Source: Eubacteriales bacterium
GTDB lineage: Bacteria > Bacillota > Clostridia > Oscillospirales > UMGS1783
DNA length: 64,000 bases
Direction: 5' to 3'
Assembly: GCA_045595395.1 (NCBI GenBank)
Contig: JAZOAH010000002.1
Span: 2,288-66,287 of the forward strand
The notes under the pieces were generated by a model. That model was not told the DNA's origin and ran no database searches. It worked only from the letters and a program-made list of their open reading frames with translations. Of the stretch, positions 50,301 through 60,036 are shown one piece after another (the stretch's first letter is position 1; the number at the start of each line of letters is the position of its first letter). The translations under genes were made by a program, and so were the position numbers.

Positions 50301-51038
50301 CTCATAGGCCGACTGCAGCAGATCATCCTCAAAGGTTACCGAATCGATCTCAGTCAGGAAGGTCGTATGGCGGCAATGATCCGACCAGTAGGTATCGATC
50401 ATGCGGATCTCAGTGATGGTAGGATCACGGTGTTCACTCTTAAAATATTCTTGACAAAAAGCAATGTCGTCCGCATCCATCGCCAAACCGTAATCACGGA
50501 CAAAGGCCTCCAAGCCACTACGATCAAGAGAGGTGAATCCATCCAGGGTGCGCACCTCAGTCGGAATATTGTAGTTAACACGGAGAGTTTCCGGTTTCTC
50601 CAGGGACGCTTCTCTGGCTTCTACGGGGTTAATTACATATTTCTTGATCTGCGCAACCTGATCTTCGCTTAAATCGCCGGTAAGTACATAGACCTTCGCC
50701 GAATGAACGGTCGGGCGATCGCTCTGTGAAATGATCTGAATACACTGCGCAGCCGAGTCGGCACGCTGATCAAACTGACCGGGCAAATACTCTACGGCAA
50801 ATACAGTAGCGTTTTCTGCAAGCAATTCATCACTAACAATATCCAACTGCGGCTCAGAAAATACCGTCTGCTTGGCATAATCAAACAGTTCTTCACTGAT
50901 ATTCTCGGCATCGTAACGATTGATCACTCGCACATCCGTTAATGAGTCAATTCCCAATAGCGTACGAGCATCACTAAGCAACGACTTAGCCTCAAACGCC
51001 AGCTCTTTTTTCTTTTCTACATATACTCTGTAAACCAT
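47349..51038 (-). CDS. purL: Phosphoribosylformylglycinamidine synthase, single-chain large PurL
   Basis: 1229 aa. PurS-like N-terminus, AIRS-like repeats, C-terminal glutaminase with GICNGFQ catalytic Cys. Confidence 0.96.
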   Translation of the reverse strand: MVYRVYVEKKKELAFEAKSLLSDARTLLGIDSLTDVRVINRYDAENISEELFDYAKQTVFSEPQLDIVSDELLAENATVFAVEYLPGQFDQRADSAAQCIQIISQSDRPTVHSAKVYVLTGDLSEDQVAQIKKYVINPVEAREASLEKPETLRVNYNIPTEVRTLDGFTSLDRSGLEAFVRDYGLAMDADDIAFCQEYFKSEHRDPTITEIRMIDTYWSDHCRHTTFLTEIDSVTFEDDLLQSAYEEYLAVRKEIGRTKPICLMDLATVAVKYLKKNGKLDKLDESEEINACTVKINVDVDGVSEPWLLLFKNETHNHPTEIEPFGGAATCIGGAIRDPLSGRAYVYGAMRVTGAADPLKPVNETIQGKLPQRKIVTTAAAGYSSYGNQIGLATGIVDEIYHPGYAAKRMEIGAVIAAAPQENVRRERPNPGDVVILLGGSTGRDGIGGATGSSKAHNAHSVETCGAEVQKGNAPEERKLQRLFRNPTATRMIKRCNDFGAGGVSVAIGELADGLIINLNAVPKKYEGLDGTELAISESQERMAVVVEKENVDAFLALAAQENLQACPVAVVQDEARLVMNWNDKKIVDISREFLNSNGAPKHISIAPAKPESYEKSVSGTFVENYKNLAGDLNICSKRGLSERFDSTIGAGAVFMPFGGKHQLTPVQAMVQKISVEKKHTDDVSLMAWGYNPFITEKSPYHGAYLAVVESVCKLIACGAKFEDVYLTFQEYFEKLGKDAKRWGKPLAALLGAFRAQKELQIGSIGGKDSMSGSFEDIDVPPTLVSFAVTTDKIDHMVSPEFKTAGHKIICLSPEYDEAGLPKTDSLLRVFAQVTELMRSGKAIACYTPGMGGIAEAIMKMAFGNGFSVAVDANLCNQTLFGYNYASFVLEVTEDVPGALVIGTVTNDGKLSRGDESIAMCDLLGIYEDKLESVFNCNIPESKAPMCNFSYAAKERKAPAIRVAKPKVLIPVFPGTNCEYDSAKAVRDAGADPEILVINNLSAVGIQDSVERFVKQLKQSQIVFVPGGFSGGDEPDGSGKFITAFFRNAAVKEGVTDLLEQRDGLMCGICNGFQALIKLGLVPYGKIIDTDETCPTLTFNTIGRHQSRIVRTRIASNQSPWLALTEVGDVYNVAISHGEGRFLADEALVKKLAENGQIATQYVDLEGNATGDIHFNPNDSIYAIEGITSPDGRVFGKMGHSERIGDGLYKNVPGNYDIRMFESAVRYFK

Positions 51039-51039
51039 G

Positions 51040-52311
51040 TTATTCCTCCGAAACGGCTTTCATAGCGCGGGCGCCGATATCGTGACGCCAATAGGCATTG
51101 TCAAAATGCACCTGATCCACAATGTCGTAGGCATCTGAAATAGCCTCGCTCAACGACTGAGCAACGGCTGTGCAGCCAAGAACACGACCACCGTTGGTAA
51201 CCAGCACACCGTCTTTTTTTGCAGCACCGGCTACATAGACCCGGTCTTCAACTTGTGGCGGAATATGTAGGGGCAAACCTTTATCATAGGCCGCTGGATA
51301 TCCTGCAGATGCCATAATGACACAGCAAGCATGCGCATCCTTGAATGTGACCTCCGTCTGTGACAATGTGCCATTGGTAACGGCTTGCATTACCGTTAAC
51401 AAATCACTTTCCAGAAGCGGCAAAACTACCTGTGTTTCCGGATCGCCAAAGCGGCAATTATATTCAATCACCTTGGGACCGTTAGGAGTCAGCATCAAGC
51501 CAAAATACAGACACCCCTTAAAGGTACGTCCTTCAGCATTCATGGCATGGATTGTGGGCAGGAATATCTTTTCCATGCACTCATCGGCAATGTCTTGTGT
51601 ATAATACGGATTGGGCGCAACTGTGCCCATACCGCCGGTGTTCAGTCCCGTATCGTTATCCCCTGCTCTTTTATGATCCATAGAGGAAACCATCGGGACA
51701 ACTGTCTTGCCGTCGGTAAAGGACAATACCGAAACCTCAGGGCCGGTCAAAAACTCCTCGATCACGATCTGATCACCGCTGGCGCCGAACATCTTATCCT
51801 GCATCATGCTGCGAACAGCGTCCTTAGCCTCATCCAACGTGTTGGCAATAATGACACCTTTGCCTAACGCCAGACCATCTGCTTTAATTACGACGGGGAT
51901 CGAAGCAGTATCCAGATAATCCAGCGCCGCCTGCATATCAGTAAATACCTCATAAGCAGCTGTGGGGATTCCGTATTTTTTCATTAATTGCTTTGAAAAT
52001 ACCTTACTGCCCTCAATGATTGCCGCATCAGCAGTCGGACCAAAACAAGGGATACCCTTCGCCTGAAGTGCATCAACACAACCGAGCACCAAGGGATCAT
52101 CGGGCGCAACAACGGCATAGTCGATCTGATTCTCTACTCCAAAAGCAACGATTGCGTCAATATCTTTGGCACCGATGTTGACACAAGTAGCATCTTTTTC
52201 CATACCGGCATTACCCGGCAGTGCGTAAAGTGTTTCTACTTGCGGGTTTTCTTTGATCTTGCGGATGATGGCATGTTCTCTACCACCACCGCCAATAACC
52301 ATTACCTTCAT
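51040..52311 (-). CDS. purD: Phosphoribosylamine--glycine ligase
   Basis: MKVMVIGGGGREHA... ATP-grasp. 423 aa. Confidence 0.96.
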   Translation of the reverse strand: MKVMVIGGGGREHAIIRKIKENPQVETLYALPGNAGMEKDATCVNIGAKDIDAIVAFGVENQIDYAVVAPDDPLVLGCVDALQAKGIPCFGPTADAAIIEGSKVFSKQLMKKYGIPTAAYEVFTDMQAALDYLDTASIPVVIKADGLALGKGVIIANTLDEAKDAVRSMMQDKMFGASGDQIVIEEFLTGPEVSVLSFTDGKTVVPMVSSMDHKRAGDNDTGLNTGGMGTVAPNPYYTQDIADECMEKIFLPTIHAMNAEGRTFKGCLYFGLMLTPNGPKVIEYNCRFGDPETQVVLPLLESDLLTVMQAVTNGTLSQTEVTFKDAHACCVIMASAGYPAAYDKGLPLHIPPQVEDRVYVAGAAKKDGVLVTNGGRVLGCTAVAQSLSEAISDAYDIVDQVHFDNAYWRHDIGARAMKAVSEE

Positions 52312-52323
52312 TGATTTCCTCCG

Positions 52324-53508
52324 TTAATGATGGAACAAACGCATACCGGTAAACACCATTACCATATCATACTTGTTACAGCAATCAATAACGGCATCAT
52401 CACGAATCGATCCGCCCGGCTCAGCTATGTATTTCACACCGCTGCGATAAGCACGCTCAATATTGTCACTAAACGGGAAGAAGGCATCCGAACCAAGTGC
52501 CACATTGGTGCAGGAGGCCAAAAATTCCTTAGCTTCCGCATCGGTAAGCGGCTGAGGTTGATAGGTAAAATACTTCTGCCAATTACCGTCAGCACAGACA
52601 TCTTCTTCGTTTTTGTTGATATATCCGTCTACAACATTATCACGGTCGGCACGGCCAAGGGTATCCTTAAACGGCAGATTGAGAACCTTGTCATGCTGAC
52701 GCAGGAACCAGGTGTCCGCCTTAGTACCGGCCAAACGAGTGCAATGGATTCTCGACTGCTGACCGGCGCCGACACCGATCGCCTGTCCGTCGTATGCATA
52801 GCAAACCGAGTTTGACTGGGTATATTTCAGGGTGATCAGCGAAATGATCAGATCACGTACCGCACTTTCCGGGAGATCTTTGTTTGCTGTTACGATATTG
52901 GAAAGTAGCTCATGATCGATCTTGAAATTGTTTCTGCCCTGTTCAAAGGTGATACCGTAAACCTGCTTGCGCTCCACCGGATCAGGAACAAAATTCGGAT
53001 CGATCTGAATGACATTATAGTTGCCGTTTCTCTTCTGCTTGAGGATCTCCAATGCTTCAGGCTCATAACCGGGGGCAATAACACCGTCCGAAACCTCACG
53101 CTTGATCATTTTAGCCGTGGTAACATCACATACATCGGAGAGAGCAACAAAATCACCGAACGAGCACATTCTGTCGGTACCTCGGGCACGAGCATAAGCA
53201 CAAGCAAGTGGTGATTCATCCAATCCTTCAACATCATCGACAAAGCAGGCCTTTTTCAACTTATCGGAAAGAGGAATGCCAACCGCAGCCGATGTCGGAC
53301 TGACATGCTTAAAAGATGTGACAGCAGGCATACCGAGAGCCTCTTTGAGCTCCTTGACCAACTGCCAACTGTTAAAGGCATCCAAAAAATTGATATAGCC
53401 GGGGCGACCACACAAAATCTGAATGGGCAGTTCGGTTCCGTCGTGCATGTAGATCTTCGACGGTTTCTGATTAGGGTTGCAACCATATTTTAATTCGAAT
53501 TCTTTCAT
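52324..53508 (-). CDS. purH: AICAR formyltransferase (PurH transformylase domain only, no MGS/IMP-cyclohydrolase domain)
   Basis: 394 aa beginning LKYGCNPNQ...FKHVSPTSAAVG, i.e. the AICARFT half of PurH. No N-terminal IMPCH domain. Confidence 0.85.
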   Translation of the reverse strand: MKEFELKYGCNPNQKPSKIYMHDGTELPIQILCGRPGYINFLDAFNSWQLVKELKEALGMPAVTSFKHVSPTSAAVGIPLSDKLKKACFVDDVEGLDESPLACAYARARGTDRMCSFGDFVALSDVCDVTTAKMIKREVSDGVIAPGYEPEALEILKQKRNGNYNVIQIDPNFVPDPVERKQVYGITFEQGRNNFKIDHELLSNIVTANKDLPESAVRDLIISLITLKYTQSNSVCYAYDGQAIGVGAGQQSRIHCTRLAGTKADTWFLRQHDKVLNLPFKDTLGRADRDNVVDGYINKNEEDVCADGNWQKYFTYQPQPLTDAEAKEFLASCTNVALGSDAFFPFSDNIERAYRSGVKYIAEPGGSIRDDAVIDCCNKYDMVMVFTGMRLFHH

Positions 53509-53519
53509 GTTCGTTCTCC

Positions 53520-54956
53520 TTATATGTTTAGTTGAGCGACAATTTCCTTTTCAGATGCATAGCGCTCAAGCATAGGACTGACAATATCAGCCAAAAACTC
53601 CTCGACCTGAGATATGCTACGGCCAACATATTTAGCCGGATCCAGCTGTGTCACAATCTCCTCTTTAGTAAGGGGAATATTTTCATCCGCTGCAATACGA
53701 TCAATAAGATCGTTCTGCCCGCCTTCCAGCTTGACCTTAGCCGCAGCAGCATGAGAGTGAACGCGAATGATCTCGTGGAGCATCTGACGGTCACCGCCAC
53801 GCTTGACCGATTCCATCATGATATTTTCAGTCGCCATAAAGGGCAATTTTTCCATCACTCTGCGATTGACAACCTTTTCATAAACGACAAGGCCGGAGGT
53901 AATATTGATATAAATATTCAAGATGGCATCTACAGCCAAGAACGCCTCAGAAACTGAGATGCGCTTGTTAGCACTGTCATCAAGCGTACGCTCAAACCAC
54001 TGGGTAGCTGCTGTCATGGCCGGATTGATCGAATCAGCAATTACATAACGAGCCAGTGCCGAAATGCGTTCACTGCGCATGGGATTGCGTTTATACGGCA
54101 TGGCAGACGAACCAATCTGTGTTTTTTCAAATGGCTCTTCCATTTCTTCAAACGACTGCAGGATGCGCAGGTCATTGGAAAATTTATAGGCACTTTGTGC
54201 GATACCGGACAGCACCGCCAAGAAATAGGAATCCACCTTACGCGAATAGGTTTGTCCCGAAACCGGCATACAACTGCTAAATCCCATATCTTCAGCAATC
54301 AACTGCTCCAATTTCTTTACCTTAACTTCATCCCCGCCAAACAGTTCCATAAAACTGGCCTGAGTGCCGGTAGTTCCTTTATTACCAAGCAATTTTAAAT
54401 GATCCATCTGATACTGGAGATTTTCCATATCCATAATCAGCTCATGGATCCACAGCGTAGCACGCTTACCGACAGTTGTCAGCTGCGCCGGCTGGAGATG
54501 GGTATATGCCAGACACGGCATAGCCTTATACTTTTCAGCAAAGACCGCTAAATTCTTAACCACCTGAGCCATCTTCTTCATGATGATCCGAGAGGCTTCG
54601 CGCATGATGATCACATCTGTGTTATCACAAACATAGCAACTGGTTGCACCCAAATGAATGATCGGCTCAGCCTTCGGGCACTGCTGGCTATAGGCATAAA
54701 CATGACTCATGACATCGTGGCGGCAGGCCTTCTCTCGTTCTACAGCCACATCGTAGTTAATTTCGTCTTTATAGGCTTCCAATTGAGCGATCTGTTCATC
54801 GGTAATGTCTAAGCCTAATGCCTTTTCTGCTTTGGCTAAACTGATCCACAATTTGCGCCAGGTACGAAACTTGAAATTTCCAGAAAAAATCTGCTGCATC
54901 TCCGGGCTGGCGTAACGCGTAGACAGCGGAGAGAGGTATTGATCCTTGCTCGGCAT
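53520..54956 (-). CDS. purB: Adenylosuccinate lyase
   Basis: 478 aa. Fumarate-lyase signature GSSAMPYKRNP. Confidence 0.95.
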   Translation of the reverse strand: MPSKDQYLSPLSTRYASPEMQQIFSGNFKFRTWRKLWISLAKAEKALGLDITDEQIAQLEAYKDEINYDVAVEREKACRHDVMSHVYAYSQQCPKAEPIIHLGATSCYVCDNTDVIIMREASRIIMKKMAQVVKNLAVFAEKYKAMPCLAYTHLQPAQLTTVGKRATLWIHELIMDMENLQYQMDHLKLLGNKGTTGTQASFMELFGGDEVKVKKLEQLIAEDMGFSSCMPVSGQTYSRKVDSYFLAVLSGIAQSAYKFSNDLRILQSFEEMEEPFEKTQIGSSAMPYKRNPMRSERISALARYVIADSINPAMTAATQWFERTLDDSANKRISVSEAFLAVDAILNIYINITSGLVVYEKVVNRRVMEKLPFMATENIMMESVKRGGDRQMLHEIIRVHSHAAAAKVKLEGGQNDLIDRIAADENIPLTKEEIVTQLDPAKYVGRSISQVEEFLADIVSPMLERYASEKEIVAQLNI

Positions 54957-54967
54957 CTCTTTTCTCC

Positions 54968-55687
54968 TTATTTGTTCTTATTGATCAAACGTTCTTCGGC
55001 CTCACCGTTTGTAAGGTCAATATACTTTACAAATAGTGAAATCTTATTATCAGCATCCAAAGATGCCCACAAGGAGTTGGTGAATTCATCTATATCATTA
55101 GGGATTATCACACGCTCAGGCTCACCTTGGAAGGTCGGAATAGGATTTCCGTCGCATACATAAGTATGGATAAAATGTCCTAAACCGTTGAGAGCCGGAT
55201 AACTGAAAGTATAACGATTGCAGGCTGTTCCCTTTTCGTCGGCACTTTTGAGGATGCTCATTTGATAGGAAAAATTATTTTCATCAAAGGTCAGCATGGC
55301 GCTAATGCGCGGCGTCAAGTTCGGGAAATCGGGTTCAAACTCACGGGATTCCAAAGCAGCACCAAAGGTTTTCCCTGCCGCAATACCATCGTAGATGGTA
55401 TCGGTCTGATCGCCGTTGGTAACAATCAGATTATTTTTATAACTGCGTACCGCAGCATAGATAATCAGGCTGGGATCTTCAACCTTGGAAGCGTCAAAGG
55501 GTTCGGTATACAAATCACCGTCACGCAGAGTAAATACGCGGTTGCGGCTGTTATTGCTACGCCCCATGATAAAATAGGCAGCACAAGCTTTTTTTCCGTC
55601 TTCAGTCTTTCCAACAACAATACCTCGGCCGACATAGGAATTTCCTTCGACTCGCTGTGCGATCTCTTTCGTTTCGTAAATGTTCAT
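54968..55687 (-). CDS. purO: IMP cyclohydrolase, archaeal PurO-like type
   Basis: 239 aa. SYVGRGIVVGKTEDGK...AYFIMGRSNNSRNR is typical of the PurO-type IMP cyclohydrolase family. Sits inside the pur operon where the missing PurH cyclohydrolase function is needed. Confidence 0.78.
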   Translation of the reverse strand: MNIYETKEIAQRVEGNSYVGRGIVVGKTEDGKKACAAYFIMGRSNNSRNRVFTLRDGDLYTEPFDASKVEDPSLIIYAAVRSYKNNLIVTNGDQTDTIYDGIAAGKTFGAALESREFEPDFPNLTPRISAMLTFDENNFSYQMSILKSADEKGTACNRYTFSYPALNGLGHFIHTYVCDGNPIPTFQGEPERVIIPNDIDEFTNSLWASLDADNKISLFVKYIDLTNGEAEERLINKNK

Positions 55688-55689
55688 GT

Positions 55690-56304
55690 TTATTCCCTTT
55701 CTTGATTGATCTGCTTACAAACCATTTCAGCAGCCTCCGGCAGAATTTTCCACTCGGCCAGACGCATCACACGTTTTTGTAATGTTTCCGGCGTATCATT
55801 CTCACGAACATATACCGCTTTCTGCAAAATGATGCGGCCGCCATCGGGGATCTCATTGACAAAATGTACCGTTGCGCCAGTCACTTTAACGCCTTTTTCA
55901 AGAGCAGCTTCGTGAACACGAAGACCATAATAGCCTTGTCCGCAAAAGGACGGAATTAGTGACGGGTGCACATTGATGATACGCTCAGAATACTGCGAGG
56001 TAAACCTTTCACTTAAAATACTCATGAACCCGGCCAGGATAATCAGGTCAATTTGATTTTCTTCTAGAGTTTCAATCAGCTTGGTTTCAAATGCTTCCTG
56101 CCCACCACACGACTTACGGGTTATGGTGAGAGAAGGAATCTCGGCACGGGCCGCACGAGTCAATGCATAAGCACCGGTAACATTCGAGATGACCAATGAA
56201 ATCGTTCCGCTTTGAATGATCCCTTTTTGTTGGGCACGGATCAGCGCTTGCAGATTGGTACCGCCGCCCGAAACCAAAACGGCAATCCTCGCCTTATTAC
56301 TCAT
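55690..56304 (-). CDS. purN: Phosphoribosylglycinamide formyltransferase
   Basis: IAVLVSGGGTNLQALI...NVHPSLIP...ATVHFV. 204 aa. Confidence 0.94.
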   Translation of the reverse strand: MSNKARIAVLVSGGGTNLQALIRAQQKGIIQSGTISLVISNVTGAYALTRAARAEIPSLTITRKSCGGQEAFETKLIETLEENQIDLIILAGFMSILSERFTSQYSERIINVHPSLIPSFCGQGYYGLRVHEAALEKGVKVTGATVHFVNEIPDGGRIILQKAVYVRENDTPETLQKRVMRLAEWKILPEAAEMVCKQINQERE

Positions 56305-56315
56305 GAAAATACTCC

Positions 56316-57359
56316 TTAGCAGATCGTGATCTTATCTTCCGATTCTATAATATCACCAATGATATAAGCATCTTCACCCTGTTCACGCAGGATAGCCAAT
56401 GCACGCTCGGCATCTTCCTTAGCCACAACGATGCTCATACCAACACCCATATTAAATGTGTTGAACATGTCACGACGGCTAATATTGCCGGTCTTAGCGA
56501 TCAGATCAAAAATAGGCAGAACCTTGACTGCCGATTCAGTGATACGAGCACCCAGACCTTCCGGAATGCTTCTGGGAATGTTCTCATAGAAGCCACCGCC
56601 GGTAATGTGAGAAATACCCTTAACCTGCACTTGATTCAGCAAGGCCAAAACCGGCTTAACGTAAATACGGGTCGGAGTCAGCAGCGTTTCACCGATCGAC
56701 TTGCCGCCTAATTCGGCAACAGGAGTCTTGATGTCAGCATTCTCGACATCAAAAACCTTACGAACAAGGGAGAAACCGTTAGAATGAACACCGCTCGACG
56801 GCAGGGCGATCACAACATCGCCGGCCTTCATCGTTTTATTGTCGATAATCTTGGATTTATCGACGATACCGGTGCAATAGCCGGCTAAATCATATTCGTC
56901 AACCGGGTAAAAACCGGGCATTTCAGCCGTTTCTCCGCCGATCAGCGCCGCACCCGACTGGACGCAGCCATCGCAAACACCCTTTACGATATCGGCAATA
57001 CGCTCCGGCACATTCTTGCCGCAGGCAATATAATCCAGGAAGAACAGCGGCTTTGCGCCGGCACAGATAATATCATTGACACACATAGCTACACAGTCAA
57101 TACCAACCGTATCATGCTTGTCCATCAAAAAGGCAATCTTGAGTTTGGTTCCGACACCATCGGTACCGCTAACCAGAACAGGACGAGTAATGCCGGTCAT
57201 ATCCAACTCAAATAAGCCACCGAAACCACCGACATCCGAGCAAACTCCGGATGTCATGGTTGTGGCAATATGTTTTTTCATCAATTCAACGGCACGGTAA
57301 CCGGCAGTAATATCAACGCCGGCAGCAGCGTAACTATCGGATTTTGATTGCATATTCAT
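56316..57359 (-). CDS. purM: Phosphoribosylformylglycinamidine cyclo-ligase (AIR synthetase)
   Basis: YAAAGVDI...GTDGVGTKL motifs. ATG at 57357-57359, 5 nt after the purF stop. The ORF-track N-terminus (to 57395) overlaps purF. Confidence 0.95.
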   Translation of the reverse strand: MNMQSKSDSYAAAGVDITAGYRAVELMKKHIATTMTSGVCSDVGGFGGLFELDMTGITRPVLVSGTDGVGTKLKIAFLMDKHDTVGIDCVAMCVNDIICAGAKPLFFLDYIACGKNVPERIADIVKGVCDGCVQSGAALIGGETAEMPGFYPVDEYDLAGYCTGIVDKSKIIDNKTMKAGDVVIALPSSGVHSNGFSLVRKVFDVENADIKTPVAELGGKSIGETLLTPTRIYVKPVLALLNQVQVKGISHITGGGFYENIPRSIPEGLGARITESAVKVLPIFDLIAKTGNISRRDMFNTFNMGVGMSIVVAKEDAERALAILREQGEDAYIIGDIIESEDKITIC

Positions 57360-57364
57360 TATTT

Positions 57365-58786
57365 TTATTCCTTTCCATTCCAGCAATAGGTGCACAGTTC
57401 ACAGGGCTCCAGCCCGATCGCTTCAACAATTCCTTCAAGCGATTGAAATTCCAGAGAAGCCAAATGTAACTCTTTACAAATCACATCTCGCAACTTCTTA
57501 CCGCGCGGTGTTGACGAATTGCTGTACTCATCAATATGATTGAATCCTTCTTCGCCTTCCAGATCCATAATCACTCGACGAGCAATCAACTCCATAGGAC
57601 TGGTAGCACGAGAGAAATTAAGATATTTACAACTATACATGATCGGCGGACAAGCTGAACGCATATGCACGGCTTTGGCGCCATTATTATACAAGAATTC
57701 GACCGTTTCCCGCAACTGTGTGCCTCGCACAATGGAATCATCAACAAACAGAAGGCTCTTGTCCTGGATCAGTTCATGCACCGGGATCTGCTTCATTTTG
57801 GCTACTTTGTTGCGCTCAGACTGTTTCGCCGGCGTAAAGCTTCTCGACCAGGTTGGTGTATACTTAATAAAAGCACGAGCAAACGGGATACCGCTTTCAT
57901 TGGCGTATCCGATCGCATGAGGTGTGCCCGAATCCGGAACACCACCGACATAATCCACACCTTCACTGTTCCCGGTCTGCTTATCATCACGAGCCATGAT
58001 CTGGCCATTACGATAACGCATGACCTCAACATTGACCCCTTCATAGGTCGAAGTCGGATAGCCGTAATAACTCCACAAAAAGGCGCAAACACGCTTTTTA
58101 TTGCCGGGAGCCGCTAACTGTTTCATGCTGTCGCAGGTCAGTTCCACAATTTCACCGGGACCGAGTTCTCTAACATCCTCGTAGCCAAGTTTTTTATAGG
58201 CAAAGGATTCCAGCGAAACACAATAGCCATCCTCCGACTTGCCGATCAACATGGGCAATCTGCCAACCTTATCGCGGGCCGCAATGATCGCACCAGTATC
58301 CTTAAGGATCAATATGGCAGCAGTGCCGTCAACGATCTGCTGAACAAAGCGAATGCCTTCAACAAAATCATTCTTTTGGCTGATTAGTGCTGCAACAAGT
58401 TCGGTGGAGTTGATACGTCCTCCGGTCATAGCATCAAAATGACCGCCATCGTGGAGATATGTATCAATCAGATCCTGAGCATTATTCACAATACCGATCA
58501 CGCAAATGGCGAAAGTTCCCATGCTTGAACGGATCAGCAGCGGCTGAGGGTCATAATCACTGATACACCCGATCGCTGAAGATCCTTGCATATCGTCAAA
58601 TACATGCTCAAATTTTGTACGAAAGGGAGAGTTTGCAATGTTATGGATCTCCCGTTGCAGCCCGATCTCTTTATCATAAGCAGCAATACCGCCACGGCGT
58701 GTACCCATATGCGAATGATAATCGGTACCGAAGAAAACATCTTCCAGTGCATCTCTTCGGCATACTGCACCAAAATAGCCTCCCAT
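57365..58786 (-). CDS. purF: Amidophosphoribosyltransferase-like protein with intact PRTase domain but no N-terminal Cys nucleophile
   Basis: 473 aa. PRPP motif [14 protein letters not shown] and PurF-like architecture in the purF position of the operon. The N-terminus is MGGYFGAV rather than MCG. The start is well defined (AGGAGG 7 nt upstream). Confidence 0.78.
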   Translation of the reverse strand: MGGYFGAVCRRDALEDVFFGTDYHSHMGTRRGGIAAYDKEIGLQREIHNIANSPFRTKFEHVFDDMQGSSAIGCISDYDPQPLLIRSSMGTFAICVIGIVNNAQDLIDTYLHDGGHFDAMTGGRINSTELVAALISQKNDFVEGIRFVQQIVDGTAAILILKDTGAIIAARDKVGRLPMLIGKSEDGYCVSLESFAYKKLGYEDVRELGPGEIVELTCDSMKQLAAPGNKKRVCAFLWSYYGYPTSTYEGVNVEVMRYRNGQIMARDDKQTGNSEGVDYVGGVPDSGTPHAIGYANESGIPFARAFIKYTPTWSRSFTPAKQSERNKVAKMKQIPVHELIQDKSLLFVDDSIVRGTQLRETVEFLYNNGAKAVHMRSACPPIMYSCKYLNFSRATSPMELIARRVIMDLEGEEGFNHIDEYSNSSTPRGKKLRDVICKELHLASLEFQSLEGIVEAIGLEPCELCTYCWNGKE

Positions 58787-58802
58787 GTGTTTGCCTCCTG
58801 TG

Positions 58803-59513
58803 TTATTCGCCGAGGATACGCTTCATCATTTCCTGATAGGCATCTTCCACATTGCCCAGATCTCTGCGGAAACGATCCTTGTCCAGTTTTTCATGGGTGT
58901 CGCTATCCCAGAAACGGCAGGTATCCGGCGAGATCTCGTCAGCCAGCACGATCGTGCCGTCAGACAAACGACCAAACTCCAGTTTGAAATCGACCAGATC
59001 TACATTCAGATTCTTGAAGAATTTCTTCATAACTTCGTTGGTCTTGAAAGCCATCGACTTGATGGTTTCAATCTCATCTTTGGTGGCCAGGCCCAGCGCC
59101 AAGGCATGATAATCGTTGATCAGGGGATCACCCAAATCATCGTTCTTATAGGAAAACTCGATGGTAGGCTCAGCGAAAACAATGCCTTCTTCCACGCCGT
59201 AACGCTTTGCAAAGGAGCCGGCCGAAATGTTGCGGATAATAACCTCCAGAGGAACGATGGTAACCTTCTTAACAAGCGTATCGCGATCGGAAAGTTCCTC
59301 TACAAAATGAGTGGGAATACCTTCCTTCTCCAACTGCTGCATCATGTAGTTGGTCACTCGATTGTTGATGGCACCTTTTCCAGCGATAGTGCCTTTCTTC
59401 AGGCCGTTAAATGCTGTGGCATCATCCTTATAAGATACCAGCAGAACCTCCGCCTGATCGGTAGCATACACACGCTTGGCTTTTCCTTCGTAGAGCATTT
59501 CTTTCTTTTCCAT
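58803..59513 (-). CDS. purC: Phosphoribosylaminoimidazole-succinocarboxamide synthase
   Basis: [10 protein letters not shown]...IPLEVIIRN...[12 protein letters not shown]. 236 aa. Confidence 0.95.
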   Translation of the reverse strand: MEKKEMLYEGKAKRVYATDQAEVLLVSYKDDATAFNGLKKGTIAGKGAINNRVTNYMMQQLEKEGIPTHFVEELSDRDTLVKKVTIVPLEVIIRNISAGSFAKRYGVEEGIVFAEPTIEFSYKNDDLGDPLINDYHALALGLATKDEIETIKSMAFKTNEVMKKFFKNLNVDLVDFKLEFGRLSDGTIVLADEISPDTCRFWDSDTHEKLDKDRFRRDLGNVEDAYQEMMKRILGE

Positions 59514-59528
59514 GATTTTTCTCCTCTA

Positions 59529-60023
59529 TTAGCAATTATATTTAGAACAAACACTAGCGTCCTTCTGCAGGACTTTTTCGGCATCATTGATACGTTTAGC
59601 GTCTAATTTAGATGCCAAACCAGCATCCTCAACTGCCAGAATCTGAGCTGCAAGTAATGCGGCATTGACCGCACCGTTAATGGCTACGGTAGCAACTGGG
59701 ATCCCGGGCGGCATCTGTACAGTAGAAAGCAATGCATCCATACCATCCAAATTAGATGATTTGCACGGAATGCCAATGACCGGCAATGTAGTGTTAGCAG
59801 CAATGGCACCGGCCAAATGCGCCGCCATGCCGGCTGCAGCAAGAATCACGCCAAAACCGTTTTTACGGGCATTGACCGAAAAATCACGAGCCTGCTCGGG
59901 TGTGCGGTGCGCAGAATATACATGTACCTCAATGGGAATCTCCAACGCTTTGAGCGTATCAATCGCCTTTTCTATGATCGGCAGATCGCTGTCACTCCCC
60001 ATGACGATTCCGATTTTTTTCAT
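59529..60023 (-). CDS. purE: PurE (N5-CAIR mutase or AIR carboxylase; class not resolved)
   Basis: IGIVMGSDSDLP...VYSAHRTP...AGMAAHLAG. 164 aa. First gene after the riboswitch. Confidence 0.95.
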   Translation of the reverse strand: MKKIGIVMGSDSDLPIIEKAIDTLKALEIPIEVHVYSAHRTPEQARDFSVNARKNGFGVILAAAGMAAHLAGAIAANTTLPVIGIPCKSSNLDGMDALLSTVQMPPGIPVATVAINGAVNAALLAAQILAVEDAGLASKLDAKRINDAEKVLQKDASVCSKYNC

Positions 60024-60036
60024 AGCATTACCTCCT

